Both the position numbers and the translations under genes were made by a program. This document shows, one piece after another, positions 24,700 to 37,739 of a DNA stretch of 64,000 nt. Source of the DNA: Octopus sinensis (taxonomy: Eukaryota); assembly GCF_006345805.1 (NCBI RefSeq), contig NC_043010.1, positions 57,908,001 through 57,972,000 on the forward strand, read 5' to 3'. The number at the start of each line of letters is the position of its first letter. The first letter of the stretch is position 1. The notes beneath the pieces were generated by a model. The model was not told the DNA's origin, ran no database searches, and was given only the letters and a program-made list of their open reading frames with translations.

Positions 24700-25130
24700 A
24701 CACACTAATATACTTAGATAGGTTTGGGCCAAAATTGGTCCAGGCTATGTCTAACTTGACATATACATGGAAATGTTACCAGCTAGATTCATAGAAAGAT
24801 TCATGTACATATATCAGTGGGAGAAGAAATCATGAGTACCATAGCTGAGTGGAATGAATTCTTTGGACTGACCCTGAGCTCTGAAAGTCTAGGCTTTCTT
24901 CAAGGTCACCAGTTAATACACTCCTTATCAATAATATATCTAATTTCTCAGGGTAGCTATCGCAGAGCCACCCCAGTCACTATATATCCGCTGCTCTCCA
25001 TTCTTTTCTCTGTAGACTTATGCAAAAAGCCTTGTGTCTAAAACCAGTAGATGAGCCAAATATGACCATCCCCAAATATAACAATGTCTGTTTCACATCA
25101 AGAATCTTGCAAAACGAATGCATAGGGCAC
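24700..25130 (-). mobile_element. Decayed CR1 3' end
   Basis: Minus strand TTAGACATAGCCTGGACCAATTTTGGCCCAAACCTATCTAAGT matches the tail at about 41500. Confidence 0.5.
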
Positions 25131-27211
25131 AGTTCTCATGTGAACGTTTGTAGGGATTAGTTTGACTTGGTGTTAGTATTGATGGTTGTGTTTTTGTGTC
25201 TGTCATCATCGGTGACGTAAACACCAGAGATGCTTTGCCCCACACACAAACAGCAGGAGCTACTCAGAGGTTTTGTATCATTATCAGCAGGTATCTTGGG
25301 GTCACAGGGGTCTTGTCCCTTAGCTTGTACACTTCACCTGGGTGGGGCAGCAAGGACTGAGTTAGTCTTCACCTTTGGAAGGTTTCCAATTGTGGTCCCT
25401 TATTCAGTCAAAGCCATCTTGAGCTAGTTTCAGCCTCCATGCCTATTTCCGTGATGGCAAGCCACAGCAGCAGAGTTCAGTGGGCAATGAAGCTGGATGC
25501 CAGCCCTTGACAAGGACCTCCTCAATTCATGCCTTTAACTTTAGTACATCATTTTCACTTAGAAGTTTCTGGGCCTCTGCTTCTAAATGACAATAAACTC
25601 TTTCATCTTTCAAACAATAACCAGGAAGCTATTGGCTGCTCAGGTGTTTATGTGGAGATATTTCCAGTAGATTTGGTATGTTGGAATTATTTTTCCATTC
25701 CTTAAATCTGTTTTTGCTATGTTAGGTGGTCATGTTCATTTCCATATATTTTCTATAATATATTTTTTTGATGCATTAAATACAAAAATGTCTTTTTTTT
25801 AGTTTATCTCATTTTCGATTTGCAGGTCTGAGAAGAAGAGGGGTTCCCCTGTTCTTAGTTATGTTTGTTACGCTGTGAAACAGGAGTAGGGTTATTCCTT
25901 TCATCATCATCATCATGTACCTGTAGATTAGAGAGCAAGAGGGAAGCCTCTGTATCTCTGGTGTTTATTGTGTGTCCCTAGCTGGAGTCTCTCCTGTATC
26001 AAGAGACCTGCATCATTCATATTATCACATTTCACTTTCTTTTCCCTGTCTATCTCTCTCCATCCTTTTTGTTAATCCCCACACAAATTGTTGTCCCTCC
26101 TTATGATGTCCCCTTCATCTATGCTACTCTGGGTAAGATAAGAAATTACTATTGTTATTGATTCAAGTATTTCTTAATTTATTTTAATAACTTCCATTTG
26201 CTACATTTAGTTGCTTTTCAAGTCTTACAGTTCTTCAGATATCCACGTCCATTTGGAGTCATTTCCTCTATTTTACTATCCTTTACTTTGTTTAATCTGT
26301 TTCATAATTTGGGTTATGTAACAATTTACAGTATGTTGGAGATCTAGAATTTGTATTTGTGTTTTATAAACAGGTGTCAACTTAACCCTGTCAGACCTGA
26401 GCCCCTCTGTCTAACTTTTCTCTTTGCCTGGACTCCTGAGCAAAAAAACAATAGCTGCACGTACAGCTCAAGTGCAATGATTGCAGGCAAACTAATGGAC
26501 AGAATCACCAAAGAATTCAGGAGCCCAACAGTAACAGACCTTTTCCTTCTCAACTACCATCTTTCTTCCCTCAAATTGCTACTTTCCTCATCCCTTCACC
26601 AGTCTGATTGTCTGTGTAAGGATCAACTCTTTGTCTGAAGAACAGATATCCTCAATTGCAATGAGTCTAGGCCTTGCTCAGTTACAACATGAAATATTGG
26701 GTTTATCACAAAATTGTTTCTTCCTTTTTTGATAAAATAAAAAAAGGAAACCACAATTATGGGGGGACACTATCAACAATAAAGTCATTAAAACCACACC
26801 TGACTGCAAAGCTGTAATGGGATCAGTTGACAAATTTTAGTATTTTATCTGAATTTTTTCTCTGTGTGTTGTTTGTTGCTGCTGTTGCAGGAATCTGGTG
26901 GAGATTTCAGTGATGCTGTTCCTTGTCTCCAGCAACACAGTGTTCTACGTCTGACAAACATTGTATGTTTGGCTCCTGCTATTCCCATGCACCAGCTTTG
27001 TTTTTGACTCGGAATTGAATGACATCACACATATGGGGAAACCATTTTGATGTCTGAAATTGGGATTTAAGCGTTTGTTGTGTTTGTATATGTTTTTTGT
27101 TGGGAACTTTTTAGGTCTTGTATTCTCATTGTTTTAAGATTGTCTCTCATTGAGATTCTAGTTCCGTTAAGGGTTACACTTGTTTAGGGAATTTATCATT
27201 TATAGTTTTAT

Positions 27212-27244
<33 letters not shown>

Positions 27245-27339
27245 TACCTCTGTATTTGGTCATTTGATTCCTTTCTCTGAAGAAGGAGTTGGTCTGTAAC
27301 AAACAAAGAAAGCTTCGTCTTTGGAAATCTAGAGAGTGA

Positions 27340-27640
27340 AAACAATGTCCCCTTCTAAATGTGAGGCATGATGTGCACAGTTTTACTGTTCCCTCTACAG
27401 ATTGTAGTTGTAATGTGTGAATCGGTTGATTCCTTTTTCTGAAAATCCAAGAGTGTCCAGACTCAGTTAGGCATTCGCTTACAAAACCAAGTGATCCAAT
27501 TATCATTGGCATAAATGTGAATTTATAATAATCTGGATTTAGAATCTGGAGGTTTCGAAGCAGTTGTCCATGGTTATCTTCTTTCTTTTTGATTTTAAAG
27601 AGACATTCACATCAGCAGGACAGCCGACCTCTGTGATGGA
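27340..27640 (-). mobile_element. REL-domain fragment, same family as 20480-20760
   Basis: EVGCPADVNVSLK / KEDNHGQLLRNLQILNPDY..FTFMPMIIGSLGFV. DNA is clearly homologous to 20490-20650. Confidence 0.65.
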
Positions 27641-27728
27641 TGGTACATACTTTATGTATGTACTGTCATGTTCATAATTATGTACCAATAGATACATACA
27701 TATATATATATATATGTATTCATGCATA

Positions 27729-27760
<32 letters not shown>

Positions 27761-28201
27761 AGTATATAATCTCAATATTATGTGTCATACCACAAGGAAA
27801 TCAATCTCTTCTTCTGGTTTTGGTTCCCATCTCTTGTTTGATCCAGTTGGGGGGGAGGTGAGGAGTGGTGGCAAATGGATGACTTACATTCTGCAGGGTC
27901 CAGCTATGGATGATGATGGCCAATCCCCTTCTCTTCCATTTAAACCACATACCCTGCTTAAGCATCTACTCTCATACCTATTCTGATATTTTCTACCACC
28001 AATATCTTTCATATATGTGTATGTATATCTATCTATCTATCTATATCTATATATATCTGCCTGGACATACTTTTCTTATGACAATACAGAGAGCATATTT
28101 CAAAGCACATGCATGGATATACACTCATATACAGTGTGTATGTATGTAGAATGTTTTTATAGTTTTATCAAATACAAGTTACACAGTAACAAAATATAAC
28201 T

Positions 28202-28234
<33 letters not shown>

Positions 28235-28401
28235 GTAATTTGCTTAAATTAGGCTCAAAGCCTTAAAATTAAAGAAAGTCATGATAGTGCTGCCCTCTTC
28301 AAGGGGCCTTAATGAAGTAAATGAACGAGTTCCAATGGTAAGATTGAAACCCCGATTGTAGATTTGATTTGCCAAGAATTTGCCGCCACACCATGGCGCT
28401 C

Positions 28402-28452
<51 letters not shown>

Positions 28453-28687
28453 GATTTTTTTTTAGAGGGCACCATGTCATATTTGTAAAGGAACAAAAGT
28501 GCAGTTGATTGAAATTGTTTACCTCAATATATAACTGGTACACCTTATATTGTAGAGGGTTGGGTGAGTTTCAAGGTGGGACTCAGATATTTTGAGGATG
28601 CCAAGAATTCATTTTTAAATTCTTTTGGATACCCCAACTTATCTGAATCATATGCCTTTTCCCCACTGCCCCAACTTGGCCATCCAA

Positions 28688-28724
<37 letters not shown>

Positions 28725-29233
28725 TAATAATAATAATAAATGTTTTCTAACACAGGCACGTGGCCACACATTTGAGGGTGGGAAGAGTCGATTATAATAA
28801 TGATAATAATTTCTTAGAGAGGAACAGGGAGTGTATATTTACAGGGGTTGTGTATGGGGAGGGAGTGAGCAGAGTTATGAGTCAGGGTGTTGCACAAGTT
28901 TTAGTCTAAAGACATGGTCAAGAGAAATGTCTATGAGTTATCTCCCTTATGTCAAAGTTCCACTTTCCCACAAAACAGACACACAGACTGTAGGCTTATG
29001 ATGTCTGCGTGTGATTGTGTGTGAGTGTCTGCATGTGTGTGTGTGTGCATATATATATATGTATGTATATAAATACATACATATATGTGTGTATCTGTGT
29101 ATGTGTATATATATATGTGTGTGTGTGTGTAGATTTATATTATGTGCATGTATGTATAAGTGTATATATGGATACATTCTCGAGTTAGAAGTTTTGTACA
29201 TTTTGGGAGGCTGGGGGTCTATTTGAAGTCAAT

Positions 29234-29305
<72 letters not shown>

Positions 29306-29332
29306 CATAGATGCACACATATATATATACAT

Positions 29333-29431
<99 letters not shown>

Positions 29432-31949
29432 CACACATATATATATACATATATACATACATATACATGCACATATATACACACACATATATATATACAC
29501 ACATACATGTTTATATATTCACAGAGAAATATATACACTTAGCTCTGTAGACTATACAGGTATTTGTATATTAATTCTACATAGGTTTTTGTCCGTACAT
29601 GTGTGAGTGTGTTTGTGTGTGTGCTGCTTCTTTGTGGAAGATGTGATAGCAAGAAACTTGGAAGGAGGAAAGAAATGAAAGAAAGGAAGGCAGGAAGGAA
29701 CAAAGGAAGGAAGAGGGATGGAGGAGGAGGAGTAGGAGGAGGAAGAAAGGAAAAGAAAAAGAAGCCAGCTGAGAGAAGTGAGGCTTAGATTGGTAATAAA
29801 GGCACTGTGTACCAGGGTATGTGGTACTTCCAGTAATAATATACACAGACAACAGAGAAGTAGTGGTGGTGGTGGTGGTGGCGGCGGTGGAGGTGGCTGT
29901 AGCCATGAGTGATATGCTGTCCTTGGTGATGGGAGGCAAGGGTCAGAGGTTAAGTGTGTGTGGTGGGGGTTAGGGTCAGAGGTGTGTGTGTGTGTGTATG
30001 TATTTACAAACAACAGCTAAGCATAACAACCTACCACTGTAGAGTGATAGAAAAAACAGTTGAGGTGGCCATCTTCAACACTGAGACATTGGCAGTAGTA
30101 GTAGCAGCAGCAGCAGTAGTAGCAGTAGTAGTAGTGGTTGTAGTAGTTGTATTAGGAGGAAAGTCGGTAATAGTAGTAGGAGGAGGAGAAGAAGAAAAGG
30201 TCGTAGTAGTAGTAGTAGTATTAGTAGTATTTCTTCAATGTCATTCCCTTTTGCACGCATCATTTCTTCTATCATCAGAATGAATATTATTATCATCAAG
30301 ATCATCATTATCATCATCATCATTATTATTAATATCAAATTAATATTAGCATCATCATCATCATCATTATTATTGTTATTATTATTATAATTATTATTAT
30401 TATTATTAACACTTCCAAGTGCACACATATGTTTGTTGTTGTTGTTTTTTGTTTGATAGTTCTGCCGGTGAGCAGCAGTCGGCCCACATTGAACCATGGT
30501 AGATATGAACCTCATATCGATGACAACGCCTTTTGTCAGCAACGATGACAAACAAAACGAAATATATAAAAAAAAAATAAAAAAAAAATTCAAATAATAA
30601 TAATAATGATAAGAAATTAAAAAGTAAATAAATGTTTGAAATATTACAAACAAACAAAAAAACAAATGAAGAAACAAAAAGTAGAAATATATAATATGGA
30701 ATTTCCAACTGAAATCCTTTGAAATATTGAGTCAGATTTTGTAGAATTCAGTAAAAAAAAACGTCTTTTTTTAACATTTACTGCTTTTGTCTCAATTTGC
30801 TTTCAAATATGCGATATATATATGTGTGTGAGTGTGTCTGTATGTATGTATGTGTATATATGTGTATGTATGTATACATACGTACACATACATATATATA
30901 TATATGTATATATATTTATGTATGTGTATATATATGTATGTATGTATATGTATTCGCATATACATACATACATATATATATATATATGTATCTATGTGTA
31001 TATGTATTTGCATATATATATATATATATATATATGTGCGTGTGTTTGTGAGTTGAGGATGTCCATTGTTCTTTAGATTTTGCTGTGTGTATGTTTAGTT
31101 TATTTTTCTTTTCTTTTCTTTATCATTATTTGTTTTTGGGTCCACATATTGCTCTTCTTGTTCATATAGCAGTTAATTATTTATCCAGGGAGTTTTCTGT
31201 CTTTGTCTCTCTCTCTCTCTCTTTCACTCTCTTTCTCACTCTCTCTTTATATATATATATATATATATGTGTATATATATATATATGCATACATATGCAT
31301 ATATATATGTCTATGTATACATATGCATATATATATATATGTATATATTTATATATGTTTATGCATAATATATATATATACATATATATACACACACACA
31401 CACATACATATACATATATATATATGTGTATGTGTGTGTGTCATCGGTGAAATTGTGATGTCATCCTTGAATTGGTCTCTTGAAGGAGATAATGGAACAG
31501 TTTCTGTTGAAAGGGTCAGCATAATTTTATCGCTTTGGGATACGGGTTGGCAGCTGGAAATATAAGAAAAAATGTGAACTTAATTATGATATATCAATTA
31601 GAAACATATGTGTAATTGGTTTAATCTAATTGTTTAAACCTTAATGCTTGACCCCAGCCCCTTTCAGATATTTTCAAACTGTGTTTAGGAGAAAAAAACC
31701 ATCTTTCATTTTCCTGAAAGATGACACATGAAAACAAACTCTGAGTACAGCACAAAGAGCTATTTCTTTCAAATTTTGGCTCAAGCCCAGCAATTTCGGG
31801 GTGGGGGAGTAAGTCCATTATATCGACCCCAGCTGGTACTTTATTTGATCAACCCCCAAAAGAATGAACGGCAAAGTCAAGTTTTGGGGAAATTGCACTT
31901 GATGCCAGCATCCATGTATAACATGATAATATCGTATTAAAGAAGTTCT

Positions 31950-32290
31950 CATCAACACAAGGACCCCTAGAGTGCAATACTTCTGTCCCTGAATCTATTT
32001 CTTTTGCTATGATCTAATGAGAAACAGACACACATTGCACTATACATAAAACCACTTCTTCGATTCTTTGCAGGTGTTTTTAAATTTAGTAACAAACCCT
32101 GACCTCATCGATTCTTGAGATTGCGAGAAGGAATTTATGAAATTAAAAATTCACCATTCTTGGTGATAGCAAAATCCTTCCTCATATCACTTAGAAAAAA
32201 TATCCTGTTCATAAATTACCTTTACAACTTCCACTACTTTCTTGTATCAAATTGTAAAGACACTTTATGGACACCGTGTAACGTTACAGG
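31950..32290 (-). mobile_element. Possible Tc1/mariner 5' end remnant
   Basis: Minus strand TACACGGTGTCCATAAAGTGTCTTTACAATTT resembles mariner TIRs. No convincing ORF. Confidence 0.3.
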
Positions 32291-33514
32291 TTCCCCTGAA
32301 ATTGTCTCTCATCCAAAAGGTGTCGCTAAAATAACAGACGTTGGCATCAATGTCACTACTTCACTTCAATGTTTTAAACTACACAAGTTAATGTGCAAAA
32401 AATTAAGTAGGAACTTTGAAAGAAGTTTCTATAAAACTAGTTTTTAGACATCGAATGGCTTTGGCGGTCCACCAGAACAAAATAGTAACCAAAGGGGTCG
32501 ATAAGATCTTTAAAAAATGGTTGGAAACACCTGATCTAAATGGTTGTCTGCTTTGAATAGTCGAAGGGAGATAATTTCGCCATAGGAATGCAGTTAATCT
32601 AAGGGAAGTAATTAATACAAGACAATCCAGGATAATCTTTATCAGGTGGAGATAACTCATCATTAAACCCAGGTTATTTGTTGCGGAAATAATTTCTCAC
32701 TATTATTGCTACACATGATATTAAATATTGATGTTGTCAGAGAATTAGAATTACTGAGGTTCCAGCCGTGACAATCCAGAATGAAATGTGCAATTCTTCA
32801 ATTTAGAGTTGATTATATAGCAATAAAGAAATTAGCCTTTAGGAGCAGAAAGCAAGGGAGATAACCACCGAATAACATCGAAATGTTGGCCTCTGGTTCC
32901 TTTTTATTTGCTAGTTAGTTCTAACCGGACATTCCAGCCGTGACATCCCATCAGAATACATTCACGACAAATGTCCTTCCTTTGTATAATAAAGTAGTGT
33001 AGTATATATTGCGAAAGATAAGGTTGCAGGTTCTTGTAATCAGTCCTTCGGAAGCAGGAAGGCATCACTATTTTAATTTACTTCTCTTTCCACCGTGGAT
33101 GGGAAGGTGTTCGCTTCTTTAAAATTATCCTTGTTGTGGCCATGCTGGAACATGTCTTAGTTATTTTAAGATTTCTATAAACTTCTCCCCAAAATCGTGT
33201 CCTATGCGTTCTTTTCTGTCAGTACCACATTCTATTCCATGAACGGCTTTTTCGGGGAGATGAGTCGACCCCATATGAAAGATAAGGGCTCTCATCTTTT
33301 CACAGTACAAAGCTATTGTGTTAAATGTTTCTTGGCCAATGCAGACCATTATTAATTAGAGAGAAATATTGTTTTTAACGTGTGTCAAATAATCAGGAAT
33401 TTAATGAGGTACAACTCGCTACGTTTTATGTTTGAACGAAGTGGGATTAAAATCTTCTTTAGAAAATACACTGGTGATGGGGGCTCTCCCTACTCTCTCC
33501 CACTATTCTACTCT

Positions 33515-33722
33515 AGGCACAAAGCCCGAAATTTTGGAGCAGGTGGGGCTAGTCGATTAGATTGACTGCAGTATGCAACTGGTACTTAATGTATCAACCC
33601 TGAAAAGATGAAAGGCAAAGTCGACCTCTGCGGAATTTGAACTCAGAACGTAGCGGCACACGAAATACCGCTAAGCATATCACAACCGGTGTGCTAACGG
33701 TTCTGCCAGCTCTCCGCCGCCT
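33515..33722 (-). mobile_element. SINE-like repeat (family B, ~210 bp)
   Basis: Head GAGCTGGCAGAACCGTTAGCAC (A-box-like), GTTCTGAGTTCAAATTCC (B-box-like), GGTCGACTTTGCCTTTCATC core. Confidence 0.8.
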
Positions 33723-33989
33723 TCTCTCTCCCATAAATCTATGGAATTGTGTTTGTCACTGTCTAACAGAAAATATCATGAATGGCATCGTACGAAAATA
33801 ACTTCATCAAATGGTATTGAGATATTTTGTAAGACATTGTTGTGAATAGGGAGGTCGTTGGGAACCTAGTCATCACCCAGCTAGAAAAAAATTTGAATAT
33901 TATCAGGAATAGCCATTGCAGAGTGGGACTGCAGGGTCGTGTTGTAATATGGGAATATGAATACATTGGCACAGCCACAACATGGAGCC

Positions 33990-34097
33990 ACAATACATGG
34001 GTGTGACACAATACATGGGTGTGACACAATACATGGGTGTGACACAATACATGGGTGTGACACAATACATGGGTGTGACACAATACATGGGTGTGAC
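33990..34097. repeat. 18-bp tandem repeat x6
   Basis: ACAATACATGGGTGTGAC repeated exactly six times. Confidence 0.97.
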
Positions 34098-34639
34098 ACA
34101 CAGCCACTATTGGTAGCCATGTGCATGTGCGTACTTAATCAAAGGCCAAGTACACTTGAAAAACCAAAAATTAGTAAACGTGTTCCATATTTTTATAGAT
34201 TTCCCATTTCTGCAACGTAGCTCTGCTTTCTCTAATCCACGAAGGCCTCAGAGTTTGTTTGCAGAATTCAAAACGTGTGAATTTATTTGTCAATGTTGAT
34301 GGGAAACATATAAAGCTATGTAACGTATTTATATGATCCTTTTTAAGATCCCATATCAATTAGTGTGAATATATCCATTAGGTCAGCACACACACAGATT
34401 GGATAAGTTCATGTTTGTATGTTTATATGAATCTATGTATGAACGTATATATATGCATGCATGAGTAAGTGTACGTATGTAGCTTCTCTTCTATTTTTAA
34501 TTATTCAAAATATTCCTGTAAAGCTGGAGCGTTTTCTTACAAAGATGCAGAGTTCCATCATTGGAATGGAGATAATGAAAACAATGTCATGTTTTAAAGG
34601 TGAGGAAAGTCTTTTGGTTGGTTTCCTTCCCTGAACACC

Positions 34640-34741
34640 AAAGCTGATCCAGATTCACACTCAGGCATTTGCTCTCAAAACCAATTGCTCTCGTTGCTAT
34701 TGGTATAAAAATGAGTTTATAATCTGGATACAGAAGTTGGA
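34640..34741 (-). mobile_element. Short REL-domain fragment, same family
   Basis: QLLYPDYKLIFIPIATRAIGF. Confidence 0.45.
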
Positions 34742-34863
34742 CTTTGGTCGGCCTGGGGCTATAATAATAAAAGACACTTGCCCAAGGTGCCACACAATGG
34801 GACTGAACCTGGAACAATAGGGCTGTGACACAAGCATCTTACCACACAGTCACTCCTGCGCCT
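34742..34863 (-). mobile_element. SINE family A head fragment
   Basis: GACACTTGCCCAAGGTGCCACAC...CTTACCACACAGTCACTCCTGCGCCT. Further fragments at about 20870-20955 and 53915-54005. Confidence 0.8.
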
Positions 34864-34870
34864 ATGACTG

Positions 34871-35800
34871 TCATCATTTAACGTCCACTTTCCATGCAGG
34901 CATGGGTTAGACAGTTTGACTGAGGACTGGCAAACCAATCTCATCTGGCAAGGTTTCTACAGCTGGATGTCCTTCTTAATGCCAACCACTCTAAGAGTGT
35001 AGTGGGTTCTTTTTACATGCCACTGGCACAGAAGCCAGCGGGCAGTACTGGCATCGACTACACTGGAATGCTTTTTATGTGCCACCAGCATGGGTTCCAC
35101 TTAGGTGGCACCCATGGCTACATTTCAATGGTGCTTTTTACATGCAACCGGCACAGGTGCCACTCAGGCAGCACTAGCATTGGCCACAACTACGATTTCA
35201 CTTGACTTAACAGGTCCTCCCAAGCACATCATATCTCCAAAGGTCTCAGTCACTAGTCATTGCGTCGATGAGGCCCAACATTCGAAGGTCATGCTTCACC
35301 AACTCATCCCATGTCTTCCTGGGTCTGCCTCTTCTACAGGTACCCTCCACTGTTATGGTGTGACATTTCTTCACACAGCTGTCCTCATCTATACACAACA
35401 CATGACCATACCATTGCAGTTGTCTCTCTTGCACACTACATCTGATGCTTCTTATGTCCAACATTTCTCTCAGGGCACTTACACTCTGTCGTGTGTGCAC
35501 ACTGACATTACACATCCAGTGGAGCATACTATCTTCATTTCTTTCAAACCTAAGCACGTCCGCAGCATTCACAGCCCATGTTTCACTACCATATAGCATG
35601 GCTGTTCATACAGCCTACCTTTCACTCTGAGTGAGAGGCCCTATGTAGGAGCTCCGGGAACTTTGCCCAGGCTATTCTTATTCTAACAGTTATGCTCTCA
35701 GAGCATCCACCCCCGCTACTGACTTGGTCACCTAGGTAACGGAAGCTATCAACTACGTCTATTTTTCTCCCCTGGCATGTGATGGAGTCTGGTCAGCGTG
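34871..35800 (-). mobile_element. 5'-truncated RTE LINE copy
   Basis: ORF 35246..35599 MLYGSETWAV...RGRPRKTWDELVKHDLR, followed by the same 3' UTR. Confidence 0.9.
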
Positions 35801-36489
35801 ACTGCTGGGGGTTGTGTTGGGGTTCCATGAGTAGCCCTTGCTTTCACTGCCCTTTAAAAGGTTTTCTTTCTCTCTATTTCTCTTGTTTCCATGTCTTTTT
35901 ATGCAATCTCAGACAAAATTATCAGCTGCAATCCGTCAACCCATGCAAATATTAAAGAAAGCATTATTATTATTATTATAATTATTCTTGTTGCTACTCT
36001 TACTGTCGTTCAGTATTATTATTGTTTTTATTTCCGAAACACTACAATGTCTTTCTCAGAGTTAAGAGTTATGTCCCTTTAAAGCCTTCTGACGTTGGTT
36101 CCGTCTTTCCTACAATGAAATAACAACCGAGATCAGGGTTGATTCGATTAGTTACGCCTTGTCTCCCACCACTAAAACGTTTCTTTAGAAATCATCATCA
36201 TCATCATTTCCTTTTCATTCCTGCTGAGCAGCACTCAACAGCAACCCTATTGAGTGCATGATGGAGATCCCCTTCCGATGAGCCACAGAGTGCCATGTCC
36301 CCTGACTGATCCCACATCCGCTGGTCTTGATTCTACTTCCAACCTGGCAGCACAAGTCAAATCCTGTCCCATAAAGATTATGAGCAGGAGAAGTGAGTGT
36401 CCAATACTCACAGAGAATGGTTTTGACAATTTACCTGAACACAAATACTTGGGCATTCATCTGGAGATGAAACGCTCCATTGATCCCTA

Positions 36490-37100
36490 GGCAGCCTGCT
36501 TAATGTACTCTTACATGTGAGTGGAGTTCCACTGAAGCAGGTGGGGAAGTTCAAGTGTCTTGGGATCATCTTCATGAATGATGGAAGACAGGAGGACGAA
36601 TTAGTGCAGTAATGGTGCCAGTTCAACATTCGGTCATCAGAAGATGGGATTTAGATGTAAAAATCAAACTCGCTCTCTTCAATTCGGTATTTGTACCTAC
36701 CCCTACCTTTGGTCATGAATCTTGGGTAATGCCTGAAAGACTACGATTGCATATAGAAGCAAGATGGGGATTTCCACCCAACAAAGGGTTGTTGAAGTAA
36801 CAGTAATCAATAAAGTGCATAGCTTGGAGATCAGAGAGCCACTCCAGATAGAGCCACCACTTATCTGGATTGAAAGGTCACAGCTTTGATGCAAAAATTA
36901 CTCAGGAATGCATTTCTGAACCAGTATTATGGGCAAAACCAAACAGCAAGAGACCCCCAGGGGTAGAGAACAAACTTAATGATTGGATGACATTCATGAG
37001 CTTGGTTGGTCTCACTTGAGAATCCAGCCAATCAAATGGGGACAATTGCTTTTGAGGGGACATGATGAAAGGCATGCTTGAGGACTCTGTGCCAGGATTA
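36490..37100 (+). mobile_element. Decayed RTE-type LINE fragment of a second family
   Basis: Frames give QVGKFKCLGIIFMNDG and KIKLALFNSVFVPTPTFGHESWVM, typical of the RTE post-RT region (YLG ... YGxESW). Confidence 0.6.
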
Positions 37101-37739
37101 AATGGGCAAAACCCAGGGGTAGACTACAAGCAAAATGATTGGATAACATCTATGAGTTACATTATTTTAGGGAGAATATGTAAAGAAAATGAAATATGAT
37201 TGGTGTGTTGTAATATGGCATAGAAACACAACCTGCTGTGTTGTGTATGGTTCTAACCTTTGTGTATCATATGTATTGTTATTGTACAGTGAGTGTATAA
37301 TGTGTAAATACACATACAGGCAGGGATTAGGTTTTGTACTGTCCCTTCATTAAATCTTGTTGAATAAATTAGAAGTAGAAAACTGACCCCTACAGACTTC
37401 TTCAGAAAGTCTGAGATTAGTAAGAGGAGTGCCAATGATCCTTTACAGGGATTCAGACAGAAAGTGGTCATCAGTGAGTCACTGAGTCCCCAATGTTAGC
37501 TACAGATTAAGCTTTACTAAGGAACCCCAAGTATTAATTGATAGGGTTAGTATATTACCCCCACTCCCACCCCCTAATATATGAAGAATCATCCCCAGAA
37601 AAATTAGAACCAAAAGACATGGAGAGAGATGAGGACTGCTTCCGAAGTAGGACACAACCTGTCAGATAAAGATGGTTTTAGAGGGAGAGAGATGAAATGC
37701 AGATCAATGTAGCATCCTACATACAAATCAAAGGTTCCA

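Noticed and set aside
28947-31565. Long Y/I/C/V/H/T-rich ORFs (also at 32-775, 8805-10815, 39647-42387 and 54209-55215)
   Set aside because: Translations of TA/CA/AAT microsatellites that lack stop codons by composition.
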